Assembly: GCF_001194135.2 (NCBI RefSeq)
Contig: NC_068982.1
Coordinates: 31,654,477-31,703,035, forward strand
DNA length: 48,559 bases
Source: Octopus bimaculoides
Taxonomy: Eukaryota
Reading direction: 5' to 3'
Shown: piece by piece, positions 12,340 to 25,355 of the stretch
Layout of the letters: each line of letters opens with the position of its first letter
Position numbering within the stretch: position 1 is the first letter of the stretch
Program-made: the position numbers and the translations under genes
The notes under the pieces: model-generated
The model's input: only the letters and a program-made list of their open reading frames with translations
Databases searched by the model: none
What the model was told of the DNA's origin: nothing

Positions 12340-13335
12340 GAAGACTAGAGTTTTTTGACGTACCCTTTACTCGCCTCGTTGTTACTATATTGCAGTGCTG
12401 TCAAAGTTTTCTTTAGACAGAAGTGGTGCTAAGTTGAAACCATTCAATGTGGGTGTTGAGCTCCGCCAATGTTGTATACTGTCACTGCTTTTGCTCATAA
12501 TCTTTATGGACGAGTTGGAAGTGATATCGAGGACGATTGATGTAGGATCAAGCGATTTGCTTAATACTGAGCACGTTGAAAGTTCATCTCTAGCATGCAA
12601 TTGTTAGGTTTGCTGACGAGTCCTGATGGGCAGGAATGAAAATTAGTACTGCGAAGGCAGACATTCGCCTGCGCAATGCCCTCTATATGCGAATGGATTT
12701 CCACTGAAACCGGTGAAGAAGTTCAAGTATCGTAGGGACGTTTTCCTGAGGCTGAGACTGATTGAAGGGCAAGAATTGCAGAAGCTGGTACAGTATACGA
12801 CCAGATTCAGCATTCGTCCATTAGAAGAAAGGTGGTAGATGTAAAAGCCAAATTCCGTATCTTTAGTTTAGTGTTCGTGTCTATCCTCAACTATGGCCAT
12901 GAATCTTGTGCAACGACTGGATAAATACGACCGCGTGTACAAGCAGCTGAAATGAGATTCCTCCGAAATAGTTTAGGAATAACGTTAGTCGACAGAGTGC
13001 GTAGCTCGGAGACCGGGGAGGTGTTCCAGGTAAAGCTACTGCTTTTAGGACTGGAGAGATCACAGCTGCGGTACTACGACATGTGGTAAGAATGTTTCAA
13101 GATAAAATCGCTGCACAGGTTTTACGGGGAAACAACCAACCGGCAGAAAACCGAAGATTAGAGCACGAGCAAGAGGTCTTGACAAAATCCATGAACTCGG
13201 TTGGACTCGCTTGGAAACCCAACCGAATCAGCTGGAGAGAATTGCTTCTGACGGGTACGATTGAAGGTGTTCTAACGAACTCTGCCTGTGCCACCCTTCC
13301 ATAAATAAGTCGGCGACGAGGATGAGATGCTGAAA
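12340..13335 (+). mobile_element. RTE-clade LINE, 5'-truncated and decayed
   Basis: KPFNVGVELRQCCILSLLLLIIFMD (RT motif GxRQGCxLSP), RFADES*WAGMKISTAK, QAAEMRFLRNSLGITLVDRVRSSE, ERSQLRYY..VVRM, all typical of the RTE ORF C-terminal half; many stops and frameshifts. Confidence 0.85.
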
Positions 13336-13348
13336 TACACAGAATCAT

Positions 13349-13381
<33 letters not shown>

Positions 13382-13725
13382 AACACACACACACACATTC
13401 TTATATATCTACTTATCTTCATAGATAGTCTTAGATTCTACAGCACAAAAGAGAAACATACAATTTGGGATATGTCTATTTTTACATGCTCTTTAAATTT
13501 CATCATCGCCACTCGAAATACATGTGAGGTATCATCATTGCTTTTGCATCAACTTGCATAAATGCATGATAAGTTGATGTGTGCCAACTAATATTTACAC
13601 TAACAATGACAGAAAATTGATAAATGCTATAAAAAAGGATTTAAGACTTCAGTAGTCCTAAATTGTATTGGAAAAATATAGATGGATTAAACAAAATGAG
13701 GAAAAGCTAAGCACTTGGGAATATA

Positions 13726-13775
<50 letters not shown>

Positions 13776-15464
13776 AGCATGTTGGGCACAAATGTCACGG
13801 GAAGATAATAAAATAACTGCAGCAGCGTCTCTCTATACATGATCAGGTGTCATGCTACAAAATATATACTATCAGAAATGAGGAAAGAAACATATATATT
13901 GGTTTTCGAAAAGACTTGAGCGATAATAATTCAAAGAATTATTTTGTGTTATGTCGAGACTTTTGAAATGTCAAGAGAGGTTAGTGTCCATTGACATCTT
14001 GAATAATTATGCTGTCTAGAGATATCTTATTGGAATGGTTTATTCGGGAAAAGAATGCTTTTTTTCCCAAGATCAAAAATTATTTCCGAGCCGCTAGTGC
14101 TTCAAGAGAAATATCATGATTTTTTGTCTTTCTATCTATGTCTCTTTCTCTCTCCATCCCTCTCTCAGTCTCTCTCTCTCNNNNNNNNNNNNNNNNNNNN
14201 NNNNNNNNNNNNNNNNNNNNNNNNNNNNNNNNNNNNNNNNNNNNNNNNNNNNNNNNNNNNNNNNNNNNNNNNNNNNNNNNNNNNNNNNNNNNNNNNNNNN
14301 NNNNNNNNNNNNNNNNNNNNNNNNNNNNNNNNNNNNNNNNNNNNNNNNNNNNNNNNNNNNNNNNNNNNNNNNNNNNNNNNNNNNNNNNNNNNNNNNNNNN
14401 NNNNNNNNNNNNNNNNNNNNNNNNNNNNNNNNNNNNNNNNNNNNNNNNNNNNNNNNNNNNNNNNNNNNNNNNNNNNNNNNNNNNNNNNNNNNNNNATATA
14501 TATATATATATATACATACATAGATACATACATGACAGCACACATGTCACACGAAAATGGAATCACACTCTATCACTCCTTTAGGGTCTTGGATAGCATG
14601 CTTGCAATGTTACAAATATGATTCTAAAAATGTTTTTGACATCGCTATATAAATTATTAGAAATAGTGAGAAACGTCTGTTAAGTATTTGATATTGAATA
14701 TTTGTGTACAAACCATTAATCACCACAAGAAAACCATAAACATATTCCGTAAGTCCATAAAACTATATTATATGCTTGACTTATATTTTACAAGTAAACC
14801 ATGATAGTTTTGGGAAGGGTTAGAAATCTAAATTGTATATAGCATAAAATATTGTTTGCTTGCAATATTTTATACTACACACATATGACGATATAACATT
14901 TTCTGTATGTTATTGGCTGATTATTCACTTTTTTTCAAAAGCGATGTTTTGCTTTTACTTAAAACACAGATATATTATTAATGTGTATGAAATGGAAAGC
15001 GCAGTTGAGCTGAGAATGTGTGCTTGTTTGTTTAATGCATCAGTCTGTCCAACATATGCAGAAGATTGAATTGGAAGGGATATGACATTGGATTGGTCTG
15101 CATTACAATGAAGAAGCTGTTTCGTGCTGTTATATTTAACACGAATCAAACCTTCGTTACAATGGAAATCGGATATAGAAATAATAATAACGAAGATTCA
15201 TACTAAAATTATTAAATTGAATCCTTTGTATACATCTCACAGTATTTGAACGAAAAAATACATTATGATCATATATTGGAAGGGTAGAGTCGACCAATAT
15301 GGATTCCGAATATTTATATTATCTTACGCATGAAAGTGCAAGATAGAGTGTGTGAAACATTTTCGAAATCAGAATGCAGAGCAGCATAAAAACTACTTAA
15401 AGATATTTCATCCAGTGCTATACCGACTTTTACCAATCATTAACGACTGAAACTACTTAATACT

Positions 15465-15611
15465 GGTTTCAACTGGTACTTACTTTATCGAGTCTGAAAA
15501 GATGAAAGGCAAAGCTAACATCAGCAGAATTTGAACCAAGAACGTCAATGACGGACGAAGAGCTGCTAAACATTTTGTCCGGTGAGCTACCAATTCGGCC
15601 TGCCCACCGTC
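15465..15611 (-). mobile_element. SINE family A copy (decayed)
   Basis: Aligns by eye to the 43731-43938 copy (gatgaaaggcaaag..gaatttgaac..gaacgt..cgaa). Confidence 0.75.
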
Positions 15612-15628
15612 TGGCAACTACTTATTAT

Positions 15629-15846
15629 GGTTTCAAAATTTGGCAGATGGCCACCGATTTCACCAGATGTGTAAGTCGATTACAGCTACTCCAGCCAGTG
15701 TTTAACTAGTACTTACTTTATGGAACTCGAGAAGATGAAAAGCAAAGTCGACCTCGATGGAATTTGAACTCAGAACGTAAAGACTAAAGAAAATACAGCT
15801 AAGACTTTTGCCCGGCGTTCTAACGATTCGGCCAGCTCACAGCCTT
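15629..15846 (-). mobile_element. SINE family A copy, near full length
   Basis: aaagtcgacctcgatggaatttgaactcagaacgtaaagac..taacgattcggccagctcacagcc; B-box-like GAGTTCAAATTCC on the minus strand. Confidence 0.85.
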
Positions 15847-15892
15847 ACACTGCTTAATATTTATAAAAGAAATATTAGTGTATTAAATAGTG

Positions 15893-16012
15893 ATTTCAAA
15901 TTTTAGCACAACCCCAGGCACTAGGGTAAGTGGATTACATCGACTCCAGTACTCAACCAGTACTTATTCTATCGACCCAGAAAGAATTAAAGGCAAAGTC
16001 ATCCTCGGTGGA
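15893..16012 (-). mobile_element. SINE family A, 3' half
   Basis: gattacatcgactccagtactcaaccagtacttattctatcgacccagaaag..aaaggcaaagtc. Confidence 0.75.
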
Positions 16013-16094
16013 TAAACATATTAAATAACAAAAAGATTGTATATTAACACTATAAATTCTGACTAAAAAATGCACTCCCTCATTTAGCATTAAA

Positions 16095-16160
16095 AAGATG
16101 GCCAGCCGGTAGAATAGTTAGCACCTAAGCAAAATACTTTGGGACATTTCTTGGCTTTAT
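16095..16160 (+). mobile_element. SINE family A, 5' fragment
   Basis: gccagccggtagaatagttagcacctaagcaaaatac resembles the head of the 38046 copy. Confidence 0.55.
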
Positions 16161-17390
16161 GGAAGTGAATTAACTGATTGCACTTCGATTCGCAATAAGG
16201 CCTTATGTAAGCAAGGACTTGTTTGCAAAATATTATTTTTATTTCAAATGATGTTTTCAGGAGAAAGTATTGCTTACAATGCTTCTATTTTTAATTTTAT
16301 AATATAGTAGTCATGAATACATTTTAAGATTTCTTGTAATGTAGAATTTACCTATTTTTAAGAAATCACTCGATAGATAAAAGTACTGTGAAAACTGAAA
16401 TTTGAAAATCTTGCTCAAAACTGCGTACTTTATTGTAAAAGACAGGAAAGCGTCTGTTCTAATGAATAGGGCAATTGGCAATCGATTCAAGCAAACTCAA
16501 TTCAAATCGAAAGCCATGTTCTATTGTATACTTCGACGTATATTTAATTTGAGATATTTCATTTATCTAACTGACAAGACACGATACTAGATCTCTAAAT
16601 GTTAATTACAATGGAACGACATCATGTTTAGTGAGAAGATTCATTTCTCATCTGCTTAATACCGTAAAACTAAAGCTACGAACTGAACCTTAAGTGCTCC
16701 TAAGGGTTACTGGAGGAATTTCACATTTGAAACATATCTGTTTCACAGATTATAGAGTAAGAAGTGATTAAATCTCTTCCATTCCAATAGTCTATTATCT
16801 CTGTCAGCCATCTCTGCATAGTAAAATCAAATATTGATTTATTTTGATTATGAAAACCGACACGTCCTTGCAACTTGCAAATAGAGATGTTTAGATGATA
16901 AAGGCACTGATGTGCACTGCTGCTGATTTTCAATGTATTCTACCATTAGAATACATTGATCTCTCACAAAAAGCCCGTAAGTTGATGTATGTAAACATTT
17001 TGTAAACAAACCACCACGTTTTATTTACATTTTAATAGGTGATCTGACAGACACAAAATTCTGAATTCCAATAAAAATGAAACCTAGACCAAAATACCAG
17101 GTCTACTTATAGTTTCCATTTAGGTATAAAGAAGTACACGTGGAGTTCGAGATACTGAGTATTTTCGTTCAATTTACATTTAATTCACACACAATTTATA
17201 TATACATACACACATATACACGCGCACACACACNNNNNNNNNNNNNNNNNNNNNNNNNNNNNNNNNNNNNNNNNNNNNNNNNNNNNNNNNNNNNNNNNNN
17301 NNNNNNNNNNNNNNNNNNNNNNNNNNNNNNNNNNNNNNNNNNNNNNNNNNNNNNNNNNNNNNNNNNNNNNNNNNNNNNNNNNNNNNNNNN

Positions 17391-17465
<75 letters not shown>

Positions 17466-17839
17466 AACAGCAAAAGAAACGAAACTTTTTCAAATGTCAT
17501 TTGTATATGCCAAAATCTGAAAATCTATTTCGGGGATGTAAGTGTAAATATTCCAAGATATGTGGATTGGTGGCTGAGACCGAAATGACAGGTAACCTTT
17601 CAGCTTTCCCGGAAACGAGACCCCAAAATGCAGCTGAGTTAAATGCCGTGGGTAGCAGTTGCAAACAATTGTCTTAAATACCGAAATGCACGTGCATCTC
17701 GTGGAGTATATGGTTATAGAAATCAACTTGAACCGCGTTTTTGGCATACAGAATTTTCCGTTAAGAGTTAGTGTTATATTTTACGGACAGTGTCACATTT
17801 TGCATATATTACGGTTGTTAACTTGTTGAATATTGTTAT

Positions 17840-19524
17840 TCTGTGTGTTTAATACACCATTATTTTACTGCTTTGCGGCGGTCCTGTTATCATTCTCCCC
17901 CCTTGTTTGAGGGGGTGAAGGGAGACGCTTGTTGGTGGAAATGGATTTCAGTTGTGAAAGTTTGAGTCTTTCTGATTCGTCCGAAAGTGAAATGGTGAAG
18001 TCTATGATTAATATGGAGGAAGAGATGGAAATGTAGAGAAAAAACGAAAAAAAGGTGTAAAATGTTTTGCGGCTGTGAAGGAGGATATAACCTCGAAGTG
18101 GCAGGATGTGAAAATGTATAAAGACACATTGAAGAAGGAGGGGTATGTAGTTGAACTGATCCCTCCTAATGAAGTGTCACAAGATGTGATGGCAAAAAAA
18201 GGTTACGCACAATTCATATTTGATAAAGGAGAAAAAAATAGACCTGGCAAAGAGGGATCAGATTGAATGGTGCTTGGGACCCATCTGGCCGAAAATCAAG
18301 TACTTGGCCAGAGGCAACAAGTATGCGACAGTTGAGGTACGTTTTCACACAGAGTAAAGGGCCAGGCATCACTACGTAGCCGCCCTGTAGACAGACGAGA
18401 TAATTTTACCATCAACTTACCTTGGAAGGCGAGCTTCTAAAGTAAGGGTGGAGGAAATCACACCGGGAGTAGACGTTGCCTGGCCAGTGGCAGCCATAAC
18501 AGTAAGGCTTTGAGGAAAGAAAATCAATCCTCCAAGCAACAAGAATACCAACTCAGAACTGGCTAGGGGGAGACTGAAAATGACTGTCCACGCTGCCCCA
18601 GTGGATATAGATAGCATCGCAGACACCATTTTGGTGGGTGAAAAAAAGGTAGAGGGCTGTAGTGGTGGGCAGGAAACTTCGTTGTTTCAAGTGTGGCCAG
18701 AAGTGCCACATAAGGGCAGAATGCCATCCACCTCCCGTAAAAGCACCAGTGGGATCTGCCGCCTGCAAAGACAAGTGCGGAGGAAAAGAAGACAGCGACA
18801 AATCAAAAGAGAACGAATGGTCGATGGTTGGCAAGAGAAAGAGGAAAAAGAGGAAGTCCCATTCCACTGATACTAGCCCCTTCACCCTACCCCATTCTAC
18901 CCCAACCTACCCCTGCAGACACCAGCTCTCGTCCTGCCCCACCAGTCACTGACCACAACCCTGCTCCTACAAATATACAAATATACATACACGAGCATCA
19001 AGCCCCTCTTTCCCCAAAACGGCATTCGTATTTATGTACGATATAAAGGCAAAAGAGAAAGAAAGAATATATATATATGTGAAGATGGTAATAAAGGTGA
19101 ATGCGCCTGTCTGAGAGTTTCCCCCACATGTGAAATGTGTATTCATTGATGGGGAAAGCCACCGTGTGTTGAGATAGACGTGTGAGTCGGACGGTGGACC
19201 TTTGGGTGTGGAAGTAGTGATTGATTCGCTACCTCCAATCATTGACTACACTGTTTTGAACAAACGTGAGGTCGTGCATTGACTGTTTCTTTAAAAAATG
19301 CTTTACAAAAAGAGAAAAAGAGACTCAAACTATAAAGCTGTTTTAAAACATAAAGAGTTTCGATGAGGCCACTTGGGATGAGGGAGTTGAGTGGCTGTCA
19401 TTTCACCTTTCATTTTATCACATTTCATCGTTTTTCATTCGTTTCTTTTCCATCCTTTGTGTTTTTGTCTGTCCTTGTATTGTCCCCTCTGTATTTTGAC
19501 CTTGCATGGTTAGTAAAGAATAAA
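17840..19524 (+). mobile_element. ORF1-only non-LTR retroelement (half-LINE, L1/Tx1-like ORF1)
   Basis: Decayed ORF from ATG 17941 to about 19282 with CFKCGQKCHIRAEC (CX2CX4HX4C knuckle, 18683-18724), a basic KRKRKKRK tract and a P/T-rich tract, then about 240 bp ending gtccttgtattgtcccctctg..agtaaagaataaa. No endonuclease or RT motifs found. Left boundary approximate. Confidence 0.7.
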
Positions 19525-19547
19525 TTCGTGATTTGGACGCATCGTGT

Positions 19548-20500
19548 ATGACTCGATTTTCAGCAGCCCGGAGAGAACAAGCTGTCGGCCAATTGCAAGC
19601 AAGGTAGCGTGCCCTGGTTGTTGCGAAAGCTTACAATGTCCATGTAAGCACCATCTATCGCCTGCAACAGCAATGCAACAACACCAACAGCACTGCAGAC
19701 CGTGCCAAGAAAGGACCGCTTCATTCATCTGCAACACCTCCGTGATCGCTTCAGACCGGCCTGCGTGGAAACTCACGAGACCATTGGAACTGGACAGCGA
19801 CCCATCAGCGACGACACGGTACGACGTCAACTGGCCACCAACAACCTGCGTTGCCGTCGTCCTGCTCAAGGGCCTATCCTCACCTCCTGCCACTGTCAAA
19901 CGCGACTACAGTGGGCTACACAGCACCGACATTGGTGGTATCAACAACGGAGGTCGATAGTCTTCTCTGATGAGAGCCGGTACTGCGTTTCCACTTCGGA
20001 TGGGAGAGTGAGGGTGTGGCAGGGGAATGGTGATTGCTACAGATACGCACGTGTCATTGTGAGAGACGCGTAGGGTGGCTAAGGCATCATGGTTTGGGTT
20101 GCTATAGGCTTGAATTAGAGAATTAGGCTTCATGTGTTCCAAGACGTTGGTGCAGGCAGAGGTAATGGCATCGCAAAGCAACGTTACGCTGACCAGATCC
20201 TAAGATCTCACATTTTGTCCTTCTTTGCGTGTCACCATAGCCAGCAGGACAATGCTCCCTCCCACACGGCCAGGGTCACCATGGACTTACTGCATCAGCA
20301 CAACATCAGAACCGTGCTGTGGCCAGCTCTCAACCCGGACTTGATCCCAATTGAACACTTGTGGGATAAAATCTTGAGACGGCTGAACCAGGTGGTCCCA
20401 AGGCGGACAATTAGTGGCTTTTGTGAACCGCCTCATGCACTCCATGTACAGAGGGAGTATGGCCGTTTTGAACACTCAGGGAGGTCATACACGGTATTGA
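19548..20500 (+). pseudogene. Tc1 transposase (DD34E), disrupted
   Basis: MTRFSAARREQAVGQLQA, VFSDESRY, QQDNAPSH..WPALNPDLIPIEHLWD with exactly 34 residues between D and E, C-terminal GGHTRY*; several stops and frameshifts. Confidence 0.92.
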
Positions 20501-20731
20501 TCTTGTCACGCCCTGCAATCTAGAAGTGCTGGATCTGCCCTCTACTAGAACATATGACAACGACCGATAGACTGTGATCAAAGTGCATCCAAGGAATTGA
20601 CTCTATCAGATTTATCAAAATTTGTCTCTGATATGATGAAATTAAAACATATTTCATAGTCAAACACGTCTCGCGTTTCCTTTGCTGGTCAGTGTTCATA
20701 CAAATACATATATAGATGCGGGTGTGTGTGT

Positions 20732-20803
<72 letters not shown>

Positions 20804-20824
20804 CTGTGTCTGTGTGTACATAAA

Positions 20825-22040
20825 CAGGGTGCGTAAGGTATTTGAAGACATATATTTTAGGGTCATTGCTGCATTTTTTACTAACCCTGTATAATCTTTG
20901 TTTCAGAAAATAATAATGGGAGACACTCAGCTTACTCAAGAAATGAAGCGGCATACTGTTATTGTGATTATAAAGGCTGACCATAGCGATTTAGAAATAT
21001 CTTGAATTTTAAAAGCTGCCAGACATTTCCTCTACAAAATTTGTAAGGAGTTACACTGAAGATGGAAACGTATCACCAATATCAAAGCATAAATGCATTC
21101 TAAGCGCTCTGAATTCATCAGAACTCTTGAATTTATCCAGCAAGTTTAACAGGCCATTGAAATCAATCCCAGAAAGTCTATGAGGTCAATGGCAAAAGAT
21201 CTCCAATGTGTCAGAAGGAACACTCAGATGTAAGTCTTATATGATGCGGAAAAGTCAATTGTCAGAAAGAGCAAATGAAAATCACTACATCAAATGTAAA
21301 AAGTTCTTAAACAAACTGGAAAATCTGGCAGAAGATTTAATTTGTTTTTTCTCAAACGAGAAAAACTTCGACCAGATCAAAAATTTAACAGAAGCAATGA
21401 CAGGTGGTTATGTGCAGAACCTTCGCAACTTCTAAGCGTTACGCATACAAAATTTCCTGCAACTACCATTGTTTTAGGGGTTGTCAGCAATGAAGGGCAT
21501 GTTTGCCTTCTTACTTCTTTCTACAAGGCATTAGAGTTAACTCTGACGCCTACGTCGAGGTCCTGGAAAAAATTGTTAAACGCTGAATAGACAGTGAATG
21601 CAATGGAAGGCCATATGTGTTTCAGTAAGACTCTGCACTATCACACGTGGATTTAGTAACACAGGATGGCTGAACATTTTCATAATCACATAACCCCTGA
21701 CATTTGGCCTCCTAATTCCCCGGATCTCAATTCATTGGACTATTACATGTGGGGCGTTGTTGAGAGAGAGGTCAATGAACACGCCCATAACACCAAAGAT
21801 ACATTGAAAGCTGCCATAGTCAGAGTAATGTCCAATCTAAACCACTTGATTGCAGCATGTAAATGATTTAGATCTCCTATAGAAGCAGTTGTTGAAGCTC
21901 AAGGTGGCTTTATTGAATAACCTTATAGAAAAGAAGGTTTATTTTCATCTTCATGGATTTTTTTTTATATACTGTTATTATTTGTCATTATATATGTTTC
22001 TATAAACAAAAGTCTGTCCTCAAATATCTTACGCACCCTA
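20825..22040 (+). mobile_element. Complete mariner-like (DD37D/maT-type) DNA transposon
   Basis: Left TIR cagggtgcgtaaggtatttgaagaca matches the reverse complement of 22015-22040 (tgtcctcaaatatcttacgcacccta); about 1.2 kb. Confidence 0.88.
20916..21920 (+). pseudogene. DD37D-type transposase, disrupted
   Basis: FFSNEKNFDQ, NDRWLC, FQ*DSA, WPPNSPDLNSLDYYMWG, GGFIE*. The D-to-D spacing is 37 only after restoring an inferred 5-nt deletion near 21665. Confidence 0.85.
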
Positions 22041-22243
22041 TTTATATGCACACACATGCACATACACAGACACACACACACACACACACACACAAATCTC
22101 TCTCACTCTGTCTTTATCTATTTATCTGTTTGTCAATCCCTTTGTCTCTTCTTACACATCATACTACATATACAGATATATATTGAATATATTTACATAT
22201 ACACATATATGTATATATGTATATATATACATACATATATGCT

Positions 22244-22300
<57 letters not shown>

Positions 22301-22315
22301 ATACNNNNNNNNNNN

Positions 22316-22369
<54 letters not shown>

Positions 22370-22791
22370 TATATAAACACATTTGAATGATGAGGCTTAC
22401 AACCCACTGTCATGAAAACCTTAATAAATATCAGACACTGTTGTGGATTGAGTTCTGTCTTTAATATTTTTCCGCACATTATATTAGACTCGTAGATAAC
22501 TATGTATCTGCTTGTGAGTGTAATTGCGTCCATGACAATATATGTATGTAAATATATATATATATNNNNNNNNNNNNNNNNNNNNNNNNNNNNNNNNNNN
22601 NNNNNNNNNNNNNNNNNNNNNNNNNNNNNNNNNNNNNNNNNNNNNNNNNNNNNNNNNNNNNNNNNNNNNNNNNNNNNNNNNNNNNNNNNNNNNNNNNNNN
22701 NNNNNNNNNNNNNNNNNNNNNNNNNNNNNNNNNNNNNNNNNNNNNNNNNNNNNNNNNNNNNNNNNNNNNNNNNNNNGTGTGTATATATATG

Positions 22792-22823
<32 letters not shown>

Positions 22824-24698
22824 TGCATTTATATATATATATATGCAGGCTGGCCTGCACATATATATGCCTAGCTGTATATGTACAGAAAGTTATTTTA
22901 AAAGCATTACGTTAGTGTTTTTGATATGCTGAAAATGTCATTTTTGTTCAGCATCCACATTTTCTTTTTTTCTTCGAATTATTTCTTCAGGTTTTTTTTT
23001 TAAACTTCATATTTTGTTATATATCAATACTTTTGAATTGAATAAATTTCTTGTCAGTAATAGGATCCACTTTTTAAGCTAAAGGAATATGCATTTAATG
23101 GACCTGTATGAAAATTCCAAACGGTAATATAGACGTACAGAAAAAGAAATATCTTTCATTTAATAAATCTACTTCACTAAAATAGCTTCAGGGTCAATTT
23201 ATGAGAAATATACTTACTATTGAAGATATATATTTTCAAAGTTAATTTTGTACCTGTACAAAAAGGAAAGTTCTGTAACATACCAAGTGAACCCTGCTGT
23301 AATAATCATGTTTGTTGTACGGCGAAATTCGTGCAAAAATTAATGCACAGTGTCACTAATCAATCTCTATGGCATGCTTTTTAATTTTCACCTCTTTTCA
23401 TTTGTACTTGCTGAGTCGTGGATAAATTTCTATTTTGTTTCTTTATATTATCCTAAGTCATCCCATTTCTTTATACTTCCTACCAGCCCCCTCTTACTTG
23501 TACTCAAACAGCGTTTTCATTATTTTCTTACATATCTCATTTATATTTTTCTTGTACAATAATCACTTTCCACTTCATTCACCCCTACGTGCACGCTTCT
23601 TTCCATTCTTTATATTTTCCTTTTTAAATACGTATATGTATATAATGTTCATTTCATTACACCGCACACGTTTACGTACACATTTGTGGGTGTTTTTCCA
23701 TCGCTTTCTATTTTCTGTAACTGCATACATAGCTAAACACGCAATAGAGATACATGCATTTATGTATGCATGTATGTATATATACACGCATGTGTGTGTA
23801 TATGTATATATGTAAATACATACACAGAAGCACATATATATATGTGTATATACATGCATATATATATATACATAAACACACACACGCACATATATATATA
23901 TATCTGTGTATATTTATGTATACACACACGTGTGTGCGCGCGCGCGCATCGAGCCTGTAATTGAGAGTCATTCCTTCCTCTCGATCTTTTCTCTCCTCAT
24001 CTATTTTCCCTTAGAAAAGCGTATGCACTTGTCGTTATACAGTTCTTCCAATTTTCCTCAACGTCAATCTAATACACACTGCTTGTTCCTTAATTTACCT
24101 CGTCTTCGTATTTTTCTATAATTTTTACCATATACATATGTGTGTGAGTATGTTTGTAGTTATATACGCACATATATATATATATATGCATGCATACTTA
24201 CATATGCATAAAGGTTGCATATTCATTCTCTATTCGTACTGGCAGATTCGAGCGTGAATATGCTAGTCGCTGTTGTTTCGTCACTAGAGGCAAACTTCTC
24301 CTTTCAGACGAATGTGTGTTCTTCACGCACTCGATTCATTAGTGTAAACTGCCTTGGTGACATCCGGTATTTCGACATCGTTGTATCACGTGAGCCAAAG
24401 TTAATACGTGCACTAATGAATCTAACATAAAATTGTGCAATTTCATAAACATGAAACGTGCAATTTTATAAACTTCAGCAAACAGCTCTTCGCAACGCCA
24501 GAGAATTTCTGACTACTTTTAGTCGCCATTGAAAAAGTTACAAACGCAAAAATACATCTAGCGTTGTAGTTGACCATGACACGGATGATTCCTTTTACCA
24601 ATTCTACAGAAGTTATATTAAGGCATATACTGCAGTAACTAACCTCTCGACAGTGTATATACATTAAGTATGACGCATACATGGCTTTATAGATACAA

Positions 24699-24738
<40 letters not shown>

Positions 24739-24742
24739 ATCC

Positions 24743-24785
24743 TTTACTTATTTCAGTCATTAGACTTCTGCCATGATGGGGTGAC
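24743..24785 (-). mobile_element. SINE family B, 3' end fragment
   Basis: tttacttatttcagtcattagacttctgccatgatgggg resembles 7160-7225. Confidence 0.5.
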
Positions 24786-25014
24786 GTGGTGCATTTATAT
24801 ATACATATATGTATGTGTGCGTGCGCGGGTGTGTGTGTTTGTGTTTGTTCATGTGCGTGCGTATGTGTCTATGTGTTTGTGTGTGCATGTGTATGGATTT
24901 GTGTGTTTTACGACTCTTTACCAAAGAAATTGAATTCGGAATATAAATGCGAAGAAACGCCGGTAAGCATTTTCATTTGTTTATTAAGGATTCTGCCATC
25001 CCGTTTCATTATTC

Positions 25015-25038
25015 ATAATAATAATAATAATAATAATA

Positions 25039-25073
<35 letters not shown>

Positions 25074-25266
25074 AATAATAATAATATCAAATTTTGGCAC
25101 AAGGCCAGAAAGTTCGAGGGGAAGGGTAACTCGATTACATCAATCCTAGTGTTCAACTAGTACTCTCTTTTGTCGGTCGACCTCGGCGGAATTTGAACAC
25201 AGAACGTAAAGAGGGACGAAATGCCGCATTTTGCCCGGCATGTTAACAATCCTGCTCGCTCACTGC
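25015..25266 (-). mobile_element. SINE family A with (AAT)n(GAT)n tract at its 3' end
   Basis: ggtcgacctcggcggaatttgaacacagaacgtaaagagggacgaaatgcc; trinucleotide tract 25015-25086 abuts the 3' end. Confidence 0.85.
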
Positions 25267-25284
25267 AGGATTTCAGTAATACTA

Positions 25285-25355
25285 GTTTCAAGTTTCAACA
25301 CAAGGCCTGTAATTTTTGAGGCGAGATAAGTCAGTTACATCGACCCCAGTGCTCA
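25285..25355 (-). mobile_element. SINE family A, 3' fragment
   Basis: acacaaggcctgtaattttt..gttacatcgaccccagtgctcaa. Confidence 0.6.

Larger units (their letters stand above)
17461..20694 (+). mobile_element. Complete Tc1-family DNA transposon carrying a nested retroelement
   Basis: Left TIR cactgaacagcaaaagaaacg (17461-17481) matches the reverse complement of 20674-20694 at 19/21; encloses a DD34E transposase. Removing the approximately 1.7-kb insert leaves about 1.55 kb. TA target duplication not preserved. Confidence 0.85.

Noticed and set aside
12048-12340. Possible 5' extension or inverted piece of the RTE LINE
   Set aside because: No convincing RT motif in any frame on either strand; left unassigned.
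22385-22415. atgatgaggcttacaacccactgtcatgaaaacc as a hammerhead core
   Set aside because: First core base and stem II are not supported; too degenerate to call.
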